Shown here: positions 44,140 to 52,950 of the stretch, piece by piece
How positions within the stretch are numbered: position 1 is the stretch's first letter
Layout of the letters: the number at the start of each line of letters is the position of its first letter
The notes under the pieces: generated by a model
The model's input: the letters and a program-made list of their open reading frames with translations, nothing else
What the model was told of the DNA's origin: nothing
Databases searched by the model: none
Program-made: the position numbers and the translations under genes
DNA from: Patescibacteria group bacterium
GTDB taxonomy: Bacteria; Patescibacteriota; Minisyncoccia; Minisyncoccales; UBA5738
Length of the DNA: 52,950 nucleotides
Assembly (NCBI GenBank): GCA_022710775.1
Contig: JAKLGH010000007.1
Span: 9,184-62,133 of the forward strand
Direction: 5' to 3'

Positions 44140-45573
44140 ATGGAAAAAAACGATAAAAAATTAAACCAAAAAGACGAATTTGGGCCAGCATTCAGCTTTT
44201 CCAAAGAAGAGCTGTTGCTGGAGCTTGAAAACCTCAATCGGATGATGGCAGCAAAGGACATGCAGATCATCCAATTAAAGGAAAAAAGAGGGGAGGAGAT
44301 CAAAGAACTCCAAGCCATTAAAGCCCAGCTTGAAGAGGCCAAGGGAATTTTGGAGATCAAAGTGGAAGCTAAAACGAAAGAGTTGAGGAATTTAACCGAA
44401 AGCCTCGAAAAGCAAATTAAGGAGCGGACTAAAGAATTGCAGGAAAAAGTGGAGGAATCGGAAAATTCCAGAGTTGCTTTGATGAATATGCTGGAGGATA
44501 TGGAAGAATTGCGCCGGCGCACCGAACAGGAAAAAGAGAAAACTTTAGCCATTATTACCACTTTCTCCGACGGCCTCCTTTTTTTTGATCCGCTGAACAA
44601 GCTGACATTAATCAATCCTCAAGCCGAGAGCTATTTCGAGATTGATCTGAATGCCAGCAAGCAGCTTATCGGGGAAAAGATCGGCGATTTGAGAAAAAAT
44701 CCGAAATTCGAGTATCTCGCGGATCTTTTGGGGCCGAAAATGAAAAAAATCTTCCGGAAAGAGATTCCAATGAAACAAAATTTAACTTTGGAAGTCAGCA
44801 CAGTTGCTGTTGGGAATGAACAGAGCAAAGTGGGCACTTTAGTTATTCTCCACGATATTACGCGTGAAAAAACAGTTGAAAGGATGAAAACCGAATTTGT
44901 ATCTATTGCCGCGCACCAGCTGCGGACGCCGATGTCGGCAATCAAATGGACGCTGCGCATGATTTTGGACGGCGACCTCGGGCCTATTACGAGCGAGCAG
45001 AAAGATTTTTTGGACAAGAGCTACGTTTCCAACGAGAGGATGATCAGCCTTATCAACGACTTGCTTAATGTTACGCGAATAGAAGAGGGCAGGCATTTAT
45101 ATAACCTGATCCTGGTAAATCTTGAAGACTTAACCAGCAATATCGTAAGCTCTTACACGGAAATCGCAAAAAGGAAAAGCCTCGCGCTTGAATACGTCAA
45201 GCCGGAGCAAAAATTACCGCAAGTTAAGGTTGATGTTGAAAAGATCAGGCTGGTAATTTCCAACTTGATCGAGAATGCCATCAAATATACTCCGGTCAAA
45301 GGAAGCATTGCCGTAAAAGTGTCGGTTGAAGAAGGCCGGGTGCAAGTAGCCGTAAAGGACACCGGTGTTGGAATCTTGAAAGACCAGCAGGAAAGGATTT
45401 TTACGAAGTTTTTCCGGGGAACCAACGTAATGAGGATGGAAACCGAAGGCACCGGGCTCGGTCTCTTTATTGCCAAGAATATTGTTGAAACCCATGGCGG
45501 GAAAATATGGTTCGAGTCCGAAGAGGGGAAAGGAACTACGTTTTTGTTCAATTTGCCGACAGCGGCTGTTTAA
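44140..45573 (+). CDS. Soluble sensor histidine kinase: N-terminal coiled coil with a signalling-helix motif, a PAS-like region, HisKA (IAAHQLRTPMSAI) and HATPase_c (GTGLGL)
   Basis: Motifs read directly. No TM helix. Confidence 0.8.
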   Translation: MEKNDKKLNQKDEFGPAFSFSKEELLLELENLNRMMAAKDMQIIQLKEKRGEEIKELQAIKAQLEEAKGILEIKVEAKTKELRNLTESLEKQIKERTKELQEKVEESENSRVALMNMLEDMEELRRRTEQEKEKTLAIITTFSDGLLFFDPLNKLTLINPQAESYFEIDLNASKQLIGEKIGDLRKNPKFEYLADLLGPKMKKIFRKEIPMKQNLTLEVSTVAVGNEQSKVGTLVILHDITREKTVERMKTEFVSIAAHQLRTPMSAIKWTLRMILDGDLGPITSEQKDFLDKSYVSNERMISLINDLLNVTRIEEGRHLYNLILVNLEDLTSNIVSSYTEIAKRKSLALEYVKPEQKLPQVKVDVEKIRLVISNLIENAIKYTPVKGSIAVKVSVEEGRVQVAVKDTGVGILKDQQERIFTKFFRGTNVMRMETEGTGLGLFIAKNIVETHGGKIWFESEEGKGTTFLFNLPTAAV

Positions 45574-45694
45574 GCGCCGGTTTGCTCCGAGATCAAAGAG
45601 GTGTTCCTTATTTATTGTAAATTTCGGAAAAAAATTCTAAAATAGCCTTATACCCGCGGGTATGGAGCGCGGCTGTGCAAGCATATAAACGTTT

Positions 45695-46066
45695 ATGGCA
45701 AAAAAAATCCTGCTAGTTGAAGATGAAGACCTGATCATAAAATTATTGCAAAAGAAGCTGGTCAGCGAAGGATACGATGTAACGATAGCCAGCGACGGGG
45801 AAGAGGGAATGAAAGCTCTCAGGCAAAACAAGCCGGAACTCGTTTTGCTTGATATTGTTATGCCGAAAAAAGGCGGATTCGAAGTTCTAGAAGAGATCAA
45901 TCAGGATGCCGATCTTAGAAATATCCCTGTGATTATAATATCCAATTCCGGGCAGCCGATGGAGCTGGACCGCGCCCAAAGGCTGGGAGTTAAGGACTGG
46001 CTTATTAAAACGGAATTTGACCCCAAGGAGGTGCTGGAAAAAGTTATTAAACAGATCGGAAAATAA
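45695..46066 (+). CDS. Single-domain response regulator (REC only, CheY-like)
   Basis: LLVEDED…D(58)IVMP…K motif pattern. 123 aa. Confidence 0.8.
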   Translation: MAKKILLVEDEDLIIKLLQKKLVSEGYDVTIASDGEEGMKALRQNKPELVLLDIVMPKKGGFEVLEEINQDADLRNIPVIIISNSGQPMELDRAQRLGVKDWLIKTEFDPKEVLEKVIKQIGK

Positions 46067-46123
46067 AATTATTTGTAAAAATAAGAACGGCCCCAAAAGG
46101 CCTGTGTAAATTAATTTAATCAT

Positions 46124-46492
46124 ATGGCAAAAAGAATCTTAATTGTCGAGGACGACCGGTTTTTAAGAGAGCTAATCGTAAAGAAGCTGTCCAATGAAGC
46201 TTACGACGTATTGGAGGCTGTCGACGGGGAACAGGGATTGCAAAAAACAAAAGAAACCAAACCTGATTTGATTCTTTTGGATTTAATTCTTCCCGGAATA
46301 GACGGTTTTGAGGTTTTAACGCGGAAAAAAGACGATCCGACAATCGCATCCATTCCCGTTATTGTTTTATCGAATCTCGGCCAAAAAGAGGATGTTGAAA
46401 AGGGGCTGGGATTGGGAGCCGTTGATTATCTGATTAAGGCTCATTTTACGCCGGGCGAAATCATTGAAAAAGTAAGAAACATTTTAAAGTAA
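46124..46492 (+). CDS. Second single-domain response regulator (REC only)
   Basis: ILIVEDD…LLDLILPGIDGFEVL…K. 122 aa. Confidence 0.8.
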   Translation: MAKRILIVEDDRFLRELIVKKLSNEAYDVLEAVDGEQGLQKTKETKPDLILLDLILPGIDGFEVLTRKKDDPTIASIPVIVLSNLGQKEDVEKGLGLGAVDYLIKAHFTPGEIIEKVRNILK

Positions 46493-46557
46493 AACGCCGT
46501 TCGAAACCGAGAGGCTCTTTGCTGGTAAAAAAGATACGCAGTAATCGTCGGATGATC

Positions 46558-47442
46558 ATGCCTGAGCTTCCAGAAGTTGAAACAACCGTCCGCGATCTAA
46601 ATCAAGAAGTCCGCAATCGGACTTTTGTTGATGTATGGACCGATTTCGAGAAAATGATTAAAAGTCCGGGAGGCTTCGCGGAATTTAAAAAAAACCTGCG
46701 AGGAAAAATTATTTTGTCCGTGCGTCGCAGGGGAAAGAATATCTTGTTTGAACTTACCGACGGATATACGCTGCTTGTCCATCAAAAGTTAACCGGCCAT
46801 CTTCTTTATGGTAATTGGGTTTATGACGGGAAGAGCTGGATATCGCCAGCTAAAGGCGATTTAGCCGATCCGATGAACCGATACATCCATCTGGTTTTGT
46901 CGCTGGACAATAAAAAACAGATTGCTCTTTCGGATTTGAGAAAATTCGCCAAAACTGGTTTATGGAAGACGGTTGATTTATTTGAAACCAAAGATATTAA
47001 AGAACTTGGGCCAGAACCGTTGGATCCCGGTTTTTCTTTCGAGAAATTCCGCGAAGCGATAGGGGCAAAAAAGGGGAAAATAAAGCAGGTTCTTATGGAC
47101 CAGAGCGCGGTCGTTGGAATTGGGAATATATATTCCGATGAAATATTGTGGGCGTCTAGGATCCATCCGGCGCGTCCGGTCCAAAGCCTTGGAAGGAAAG
47201 AGCTAAAAGCGATATACGAGAATTCCCTTCGGATTCTGGCTGAAGCGGTCAAGCTTAGGGGGACGACAGTTATTTCCAACACCGAGGAGTACCGCGGCAT
47301 CGGCGGCCGGCGGGGGAAGTACCAGGAGAAACTCAATGTTTACCGTCTTAACGGTACGCCATGCCCTGCCTGCGGCAGGAAGGTGGAGCGCGTCAAAGTT
47401 AACCAAAGAAGCTGGCATTTCTGCTCCAAGTGCCAAACATAG
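46558..47442 (+). CDS. mutM: Formamidopyrimidine-DNA glycosylase (Fpg/MutM)
   Basis: N-terminal MPELPEVE with catalytic Pro2 and Glu3, an H2TH region, and a C-terminal CPACG…C..C zinc finger. The start was moved to the ATG at 46558. Confidence 0.85.
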   Translation: MPELPEVETTVRDLNQEVRNRTFVDVWTDFEKMIKSPGGFAEFKKNLRGKIILSVRRRGKNILFELTDGYTLLVHQKLTGHLLYGNWVYDGKSWISPAKGDLADPMNRYIHLVLSLDNKKQIALSDLRKFAKTGLWKTVDLFETKDIKELGPEPLDPGFSFEKFREAIGAKKGKIKQVLMDQSAVVGIGNIYSDEILWASRIHPARPVQSLGRKELKAIYENSLRILAEAVKLRGTTVISNTEEYRGIGGRRGKYQEKLNVYRLNGTPCPACGRKVERVKVNQRSWHFCSKCQT

Positions 47443-47482
47443 CCAAAAACCGCAGCCTAGCCATAATTTCAAAGAATTACCG

Positions 47483-48421
47483 ATGATCATTTTCTTATAC
47501 GGCGAAGATACCTACCGCCTGAATAAAAAATTGAACGAAATTATACAGCAATACAAAAACCAAAAAAAAGGGTTGAATTTTGTTTCATTCGATGCCGCAG
47601 TTTCTCCGTACGAAGAATTTTCCCGGGAAATCAGACAAAAGTCCATATTCGGGGAAAAAAAGTTCGCAATTGCCAGAAACGTAATTTCAAACAAGAATTT
47701 CAAAGAGGACCTGCTAAAAGATATTGATAGTTTAGCCGGATCCGGAGACGTGATTGTGGCTTGCCAGGAAGGCCATGTTTTAAAAACCGACCGGTTGCTT
47801 TCCGCATTTAAAAAAAGCGCCAAATGCCAGGAATTCGAACTGCTTAGCCCAATAAAACTGAATGCATGGGCTCAGAAGGAAGCTGAAAGCCTTGGTTTAA
47901 AAATTTCGAAAGCCGCATTGGACAAGCTGGTTCTGTTCATCGGCAATGACTTATGGCGATTATCGAACGAAATCCAAAAGCTGGCTAATTACCGTTACGG
48001 AAAAAATGGAGAAGCTCAAGAAGAAGATGTCGTATTGCTGGTCAAACCCACGGTTGAAACCGATATCTTTAAAACCGTAGATGCTTTGGCCAAGAAAAAC
48101 AAAAAACTGGCTCTTTTGCTGGTTCATGAGCACTTGGAAGCCGGAGATTCCCATTTTTATATCCTTTCGATGATCAATTACCAATTCCGAAACTTGGTCA
48201 TCGTAAAAGCTGAATCAGAAAGGGTAGGCGGCAGCCAGGGATTGGCTAAGGACTTTGGTATTCATCCTTACGTTATTCGTAAATCGTTAGAGTTGAGCCG
48301 CGCCTTTACCTCGGCTGATTTAAAGAGGATATACTTAAAGATTTTTCAAATAGACTTGGACGTAAAAACCGGAAAATTAAATGCCGAAGTTGCGCTGGAC
48401 CTGCTGATTTCTGAAATTTAA
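47483..48421 (+). CDS. holA: DNA polymerase III delta subunit
   Basis: MIIFLYGEDTYRLNKKLNEI N-terminus and a three-domain architecture of about 310 aa. The start was moved to the ATG at 47483. The upstream extension overlaps mutM. Confidence 0.7.
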   Translation: MIIFLYGEDTYRLNKKLNEIIQQYKNQKKGLNFVSFDAAVSPYEEFSREIRQKSIFGEKKFAIARNVISNKNFKEDLLKDIDSLAGSGDVIVACQEGHVLKTDRLLSAFKKSAKCQEFELLSPIKLNAWAQKEAESLGLKISKAALDKLVLFIGNDLWRLSNEIQKLANYRYGKNGEAQEEDVVLLVKPTVETDIFKTVDALAKKNKKLALLLVHEHLEAGDSHFYILSMINYQFRNLVIVKAESERVGGSQGLAKDFGIHPYVIRKSLELSRAFTSADLKRIYLKIFQIDLDVKTGKLNAEVALDLLISEI

Positions 48422-48440
48422 CCAACGTTAAGGCGAACAA

Positions 48441-48467
48441 AAAACCGCAGTTTGATGCGGTTTTTTG
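48441..48467 (+). terminator. Rho-independent terminator of holA (CCGCA-gtttga-TGCGG followed by TTTTTTG)
   Basis: Read directly. Confidence 0.65.
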
Positions 48468-48494
48468 TTCGGTTTCAAGATTTATTATTTTGCA

Positions 48495-48812
48495 AACCCA
48501 AGGGTACCCTGGGAACAAAATATCGACGATTCCAAAGGAGGCTACTCCTTTGACCCCGCAGGCTGCGGGGAATACCACAGGAAAATCGAATTTATATTTT
48601 TCTATCGGTATTTCGCCTCCCGGGGTACGAACCCCCGGCGGTGACCGAAGGAAATCCCGAAGCATTGAGGGGCGACCAGAGGATGTTTCCTCCCCCGCAG
48701 GATGCGGGGCGGAGTACCTAAGTCCTCCTCATTTCTCCCCGCTTTTTGCGGGCAGGAAGCCTAAGGCTTCATTTTGTTCCAAGGGCTTGTCCCGGGGTCT
48801 ACAAATTAATAA
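48495..48812 (+). repeat. Repeat element R3 (about 318 nt). It carries terminal inverted repeats CCCTGGGAACAAAAT / ATTTTGTTCCAAGGG at 48507-48521 and 48771-48785. Its right 220 nt are an inverted copy of R4 (51421-51620).
   Basis: Alignment by eye of R4 against the reverse complement of R3. There is high identity across about 200 nt, with a 37-nt indel. Confidence 0.7.
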
Positions 48813-48817
48813 ATATT

Positions 48818-49102
48818 TTACTTCTTTTTGGCTTTTAATGCTACCGGTTTGGATAGGAATTTTGTGATTCTTGATTTTTTGCGGGAAGCGGTGTTTTTTT
48901 TGATCACGCCGGCTTTAGCCGCTTTATCCAGAGCTTTATAGATCGCAGAAAGGCTTTTTTTCGCTTCGGCAACTTTTTCCTGCCCGACAAGAGCTTTTGC
49001 TTCCTTTAAAAGGCTCTTCGCTTTTTGTTTATAAGCGGTATTGCGGATCTTTCTTTTTTGGCTTTGGCGAAGCGCTTTTTTTGCTGATTTTATTATAGGC
49101 AT
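48818..49102 (-). CDS. rpsT: 30S ribosomal protein S20
   Basis: MPIIKSAKKALRQSQKRKIRNTAYK… a canonical S20. Confidence 0.9.
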   Translation of the reverse strand: MPIIKSAKKALRQSQKRKIRNTAYKQKAKSLLKEAKALVGQEKVAEAKKSLSAIYKALDKAAKAGVIKKNTASRKKSRITKFLSKPVALKAKKK

Positions 49103-49337
49103 TTTTTTCTTTTACAAGACTTACGCAGTCGCCCCATTTTCTGCGTTAAAGTATCCGGGTGCTAGTCGCCCAAGCCGTACGGCTCCGGCGCACCCTCGCG
49201 CTTTGCCTTGAATCTGTGCCAACCGCGTAAGTCTTGATTTTAATATGGTTGAATTCAACAATAGTCATCAGTATAACACTATTCCAAATTTTTGCAATAA
49301 AAAAGAGGCGGAATGCCTCTTTAAACGCCTGGTTTCG

Positions 49338-49883
49338 TCAACAACCGCAATCCTTGCGCGAGCTAACATAGGCCATGAAAGTTAAAATGATAGCGAATAT
49401 CACCAGAAAATAATTTTTGCCGAAATGATAGCCGCTGCCATCTTCTTTCACGCCATAAGAAAAAGGCGAGGGCGGCGGTTCGTAAGTTTCGACATACCTG
49501 TAGGCCTTTTGCGTATTATTTGCAGGCAAAAAGGAGAATTCGCGCAGAATATTGCTTTCTTTGTCGATCAGCCGGGAAAGAACCACGCCGGTTGTCGCGT
49601 TTCTGATAAATTCGGCGGCATTGGCGTTAAATTCCATTTCTGTGCTATCAAAGCGGGTACTGCGCTGGATATTGTTAAAGCCGTCCATCTTATAGATCTG
49701 GATGCCTTTCTGGGCCATGGCGTTTGGTATCGTTTGGTCCCAAGCGATCGGCTGGTCGGGCGCCGGATAAAGGGTCCAAATCCATATAACAGCCAGAAGA
49801 ATTATCGCTACAGCTTTTACGATTTTGGCAATTATCTCGCGTTTTCCAAGCATTTTAGCACCTCTTAAAGTACTAGGCTGCAT
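49338..49883 (-). CDS. Hypothetical membrane protein (N-terminal and C-terminal TM helices)
   Basis: ORF track. No family recognised. The start is uncertain. Confidence 0.45.
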   Translation of the reverse strand: MQPSTLRGAKMLGKREIIAKIVKAVAIILLAVIWIWTLYPAPDQPIAWDQTIPNAMAQKGIQIYKMDGFNNIQRSTRFDSTEMEFNANAAEFIRNATTGVVLSRLIDKESNILREFSFLPANNTQKAYRYVETYEPPPSPFSYGVKEDGSGYHFGKNYFLVIFAIILTFMAYVSSRKDCGC

Positions 49884-49979
49884 TATAAATAAAATTTTTG
49901 ATAAGTCAATTTTAAATTAAGCTATTGAACCCGGCGGTTCTTTAGGTAAAATGGAGGATAACGTTAAATTATTCATATT

Positions 49980-51284
49980 ATGGCGATACGTTTAAAAAAA
50001 ACAGTTAAAAGGTTAATGCCTAAATTTGCCCTCGGCTGGTATCATTACGGCCTGGCTCTGACCGGCGCGCTGATCTATGGGTTTCCGGCGCGCAAATTGT
50101 TAGTGATAGGGATTACGGGAACCAATGGCAAATCAAGCACCGTAGAGCTGGCGTCGAAAATAATGGAAGAATCCGATATTCCGTCAGCGTCATTATCGTC
50201 AATCCAGTTTAGGATCAAAGAGAAGGTAGAGCCAAATATCCTAAAAATGACAATGCCGGGCCGCTGGACCATCCAAGGCTTTTTTAGACGGGCAGCCCAG
50301 GCTGAATGCATTACCGCTCTTTTAGAGGTTACGTCGGAGGGTATCAAACAGTATCGCCACCGGTTCATTGGATTCGACACCGCGGTTTTTACGAATCTTA
50401 CGCCCGAGCATATCGAGGCGCACGGAAATTTCGAAAACTATAAGCTGGCCAAGGGTGAATTGTTCGCCGTTGTAAAAAACCGGCATATTATTAATCTGGA
50501 CGATCCCAATGCCGCTTATTTTCTGAGTTTTCCTTCAAAAGAAACTTATGGGTACGGTATAAAAGGGGAGAAAAGGGAGATCGCGGATGTAAAAAAAGAG
50601 CTTAAAATTTTTGAAGCAGAAAATATTAAAATCGGGATAAAAAATATTGGTTTCCAGGTAAAAGGCGTTGATTTCTCGATAAGGCTGGACGGTGCGTTTA
50701 ATATATACAATGCTTTGGCCGCCATTTGCGTTGGCTTTTCCCAAGGGGTGAGCTTGGAGGGATGCAGTGCCGCTTTAGCCAAATTCGAAGGCCTGGCGGG
50801 CCGGATGGAAGAAGTGCAGGATAAGCCCTTCCGCGTTGTAGTGGATTACGCGTTTACTCCTAACGCCCTTCAGAAGGTTTATGAGACGTTAAAAGGCCAG
50901 GTTGGCGCCAAGGGCGGCAAACTGATTTGTCTTTTGGGGGCGTGCGGAGGCGGCCGCGACAAATGGAAACGGCCGGTTTTAGGCGGCATTGCCGGGAAAT
51001 ATTGTAAAGAAATAATAATTACTAACGAGGATCCTTATGATGAAGATCCCCAAGAGATCATTGACCAGGTAGCCAAAGGAGCCGGAGTGGGCGCTCTGGG
51101 AATAATGGACAGGCGGGAAGCGATAAAAAAGGCATTAAGCTTGGCCGGGCCTGGCGATGTTGTAGTAATGACCGGCAAGGGCTGCGAGCCCTGGATTTGC
51201 TTAAAAAACGGCGAGAAAATTCCTTGGAACGAGAAAAAAATAGCGGTTGAAGAGTTGGAAAAACTGGGTAAAACCGAGGGATAA
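49980..51284 (+). CDS. Mur-ligase family protein (MurE/MurT-like) of 434 aa
   Basis: ATP-binding P-loop GITGTNGKSST, Mur-ligase middle-domain motifs (VFTNLTPEHIEAHGNFENYKLAKGELF) and a C-terminal domain. The exact substrate cannot be assigned. Confidence 0.7.
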   Translation: MAIRLKKTVKRLMPKFALGWYHYGLALTGALIYGFPARKLLVIGITGTNGKSSTVELASKIMEESDIPSASLSSIQFRIKEKVEPNILKMTMPGRWTIQGFFRRAAQAECITALLEVTSEGIKQYRHRFIGFDTAVFTNLTPEHIEAHGNFENYKLAKGELFAVVKNRHIINLDDPNAAYFLSFPSKETYGYGIKGEKREIADVKKELKIFEAENIKIGIKNIGFQVKGVDFSIRLDGAFNIYNALAAICVGFSQGVSLEGCSAALAKFEGLAGRMEEVQDKPFRVVVDYAFTPNALQKVYETLKGQVGAKGGKLICLLGACGGGRDKWKRPVLGGIAGKYCKEIIITNEDPYDEDPQEIIDQVAKGAGVGALGIMDRREAIKKALSLAGPGDVVVMTGKGCEPWICLKNGEKIPWNEKKIAVEELEKLGKTEG

Positions 51285-51420
51285 AACGGTTGAAAAACAG
51301 TGGATATTGTTCTTGGCTTATTCTTGACAATTTAAAGCTAACAAGCTAAACTTTAATCTAATAGAACAGTTGCCGGAGGAGCCCCCTTAATCGGGGATTT
51401 TAAAGTTGTTATATAAGTTT

Positions 51421-51620
51421 ATTAATTTGTAGACCCGGGCGAATTCTGGGAACAAAATGAAGCCTTAGGCTTCCTGCCCGCGAAAAGCGGGCAGAAATGA
51501 GGATTCCAAAGGAAGCATCCTTTGGTCGCCCCTCAATGCTTCGGGATTTCCTTCGGTCACCGCCGGGTGTTCGCACCCCGGGAGGCGAAATTCCTATGAA
51601 AAATATAAATTCGATGAGTA
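51421..51620 (-). repeat. Repeat element R4, an inverted partial copy of R3. It contains the TCTGGGAACAAAAT core at 51444-51458 and overlaps the RBS and start of the downstream 3D-domain gene.
   Basis: See R3. Confidence 0.7.
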
Positions 51621-52165
51621 TTTATCTGAAATATCCCGTTTGGGGAAAAAGTTTACTGATTTTTGTGCTTGGCTTTAGCGGCCTTTGGCTGGTTTTAAGC
51701 GATGGTTTGGTTGAGGCGGAAAGCCTGGCTAAAACCCAGACCCCCGAGGCCGTTTTGGAGGCAGTTGAAGAATTGGACGATTTGCCTATGGCCGAAGACA
51801 ACAGCGTTGTTGCTCTGGCCGATAATACGGCTGCCGCAAGCCGCGAAATAAGCGATGCCGAAGCCAAACAGGCTAAAAGGATACCGGTAGTGGTTACCGC
51901 TTATTCCAGTACGCCTTGGGAGACCGATGATACGCCTTTTATCACCGCGTCCGGAACAGAGGTCAGGGACGGGGTTGTGGCCAATAATTTATTGCCTTTT
52001 GGGACTCGCATCATGATCCCGGATCTTTACGGAGAAAAAATCTTTACCGTTGAAGACCGGATGCATTGGAAAAAAAGCATATACCAAGTGGATATTTGGT
52101 TTCCCTACACCAGCGATGCGATTAATTTCGGAGTTAAAAGCGCTTCTATCGTAGTTGTCGACTAG
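51596..52165 (+). CDS. 3D-domain (MltA/YuiC-like) secreted cell-wall-binding protein
   Basis: Signal peptide, then a C-terminal region with conserved Asp residues (…WETDDTPFITASGTEVRDGVVANN…TVEDRMHWKK…IYQVDIWF). The start was moved to the ATG at 51596, which has a GGGAGG RBS. The ORF-track extension lies inside repeat R4. Confidence 0.7.
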   Translation: MKNINSMSIYLKYPVWGKSLLIFVLGFSGLWLVLSDGLVEAESLAKTQTPEAVLEAVEELDDLPMAEDNSVVALADNTAAASREISDAEAKQAKRIPVVVTAYSSTPWETDDTPFITASGTEVRDGVVANNLLPFGTRIMIPDLYGEKIFTVEDRMHWKKSIYQVDIWFPYTSDAINFGVKSASIVVVD

Positions 52166-52308
52166 CCTGGGAGAAAATAATTAAGACGCGAGCAGCGTTT
52201 TTTCAGTTAAGAATAACAACTGGAAAACAAGAAAACAGGATCAAAGACGCCGGAAACGTTTTTTTGTGCCGGAAAACTGCTATCTAGTCGCAATAAAAGA
52301 GCTGTTGT

Positions 52309-52791
52309 CTAACAGCTCTTGTCGCCTTTAACTCCGCTAACAACTGTCCCGGAAATTACATAACAGCTTGGTGCACTTCCTCTTACGATCGCAGACAGCC
52401 ATTCTTTGTAGCTAGCCGGCATGTCGGCGAAAGCAGGCGTTCGATTATCGGCGAGCCAGCGGGCCAGCGCTTCCTCGGATTCCATTACCGGAGAAACCGG
52501 TCGTCCGTCAGACACTGTTTCGTACATCTGGTAATGGGTTTTTTCTGCTTCCGGCCAGTCCGGCATATAGCTGCCTTGGCACTCGCTTGGCCGCGGGCCG
52601 GCAAATTCTTCGTATGTCCCAACGAGAAATAATTCGCTTTTTTTAATCCTGTGCTTGCCGCAACAGGCAATACCTTTTCGCCATTGCTCTGCACCTTCCT
52701 CCCAAGCCGCGATATTTTCCTTAAGGCTGCCGCGACGGATCGGGATGTGGCCGCCTTTTTCATCTTTCGGATGAACCCAGTTTTTGGACAC
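52309..52791 (-). CDS. Hypothetical protein of 160 aa (GTG start, not certain)
   Basis: ORF track. The minus strand has a strong upstream promoter-like TTGACA, 17 nt, TATAAA (plus-strand coordinates 52837-52865), but no well-placed SD. Confidence 0.45.
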   Translation of the reverse strand: MSKNWVHPKDEKGGHIPIRRGSLKENIAAWEEGAEQWRKGIACCGKHRIKKSELFLVGTYEEFAGPRPSECQGSYMPDWPEAEKTHYQMYETVSDGRPVSPVMESEEALARWLADNRTPAFADMPASYKEWLSAIVRGSAPSCYVISGTVVSGVKGDKSC

Positions 52792-52950
52792 CCGGCGAAC
52801 TTCTCTGCTTATGTAAATACCTCCGTCTTTTAATTTTTTATATAATATTTAAATTATTTTGTCAAATATCTTTGGTAATGTATACATACTTTTTGCACTC
52901 TTCTGGTAATCTGGGGGCGTATGAAAACCATGCCCAATTCCACTCAGGAA

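Noticed and set aside
48625-48650. tRNA-like T-arm (GGGGGTTCGTACCCC) inside R3/R4
   Set aside because: No acceptor, D or anticodon arms can be built around it, and the loop lacks the canonical TTCRANY pattern. I take it to be just a GC hairpin with a TTCG loop.
48306-51600. A shared 20-aa peptide MLRDFLRSPPGVRTPGGEIP encoded in both R3 (minus strand) and R4 (plus strand). All 4 nucleotide differences are synonymous, which hinted at a conserved small protein.
   Set aside because: Nucleotide identity continues past the peptide through a 1-nt indel that breaks the frame, and an upstream in-frame TAG interrupts the R3 copy. Conservation is at the DNA/RNA level, so this is a repeat element and not a gene. 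The real 3D-domain gene starts at 51596.

Overview
This 52.9-kb window looks like a chromosomal segment from a small-genome, Gram-positive-like bacterium. I think the best fit is Patescibacteria/CPR, but that is an inference from gene content. It spans the replication-origin neighbourhood: rpmH-rnpA-yidC-jag on the minus strand, diverging from dnaA-dnaN on the plus strand. DnaA-box/AT-rich regions lie both upstream of dnaA and between dnaA and dnaN. Housekeeping genes I could read from the translations are cca, rpsO, pnp, ksgA/rsmA, comM/yifB, a dksA-like gene, a class A PBP, tyrS, ruvC, yebC, tsaE, a 5'-3' exonuclease, mutM, holA, rpsT, a Mur-ligase family gene and a 3D-domain protein. I found three tRNAs: Pro-CGG, Arg-UCG and Lys-CUU. 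I found no rRNA and no CRISPR array.

The accessory content that stands out:
- A type-IV-secretion-like / pilus-like locus at about 15.4-27.3 kb. It holds a PrgI/VirB3-like protein, a VirB4 ATPase split across two reading frames, a large VirB6/TrbL-like polytopic membrane protein, and three paralogous 2-TM pilin-like domains. One pilin domain is fused to a ~690-aa Cys-rich/Fn3-like repeat ectodomain. One carries a C-terminal Cys-rich domain. One is isolated between two tRNA genes.
- A 'split' sensor system at 41.6-46.5 kb. Two tandem paralogous multi-TM proteins end in the same signalling-helix coiled coil that opens an adjacent soluble histidine kinase. Two stand-alone receiver domains follow.
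- Several families of intergenic repeats or structured elements. One is a CCYGGGAACAA-core family with at least 4-5 copies; two of these copies form ~200-bp inverted repeats flanking a 2.6-kb rpsT/Mur-ligase segment. Another is a conserved hairpin motif present both downstream of an ORF and inside the oriC region. There is also a 14-nt tandem repeat at the window start.

All functional calls come from reading motifs in the translated ORFs. No database search was possible.
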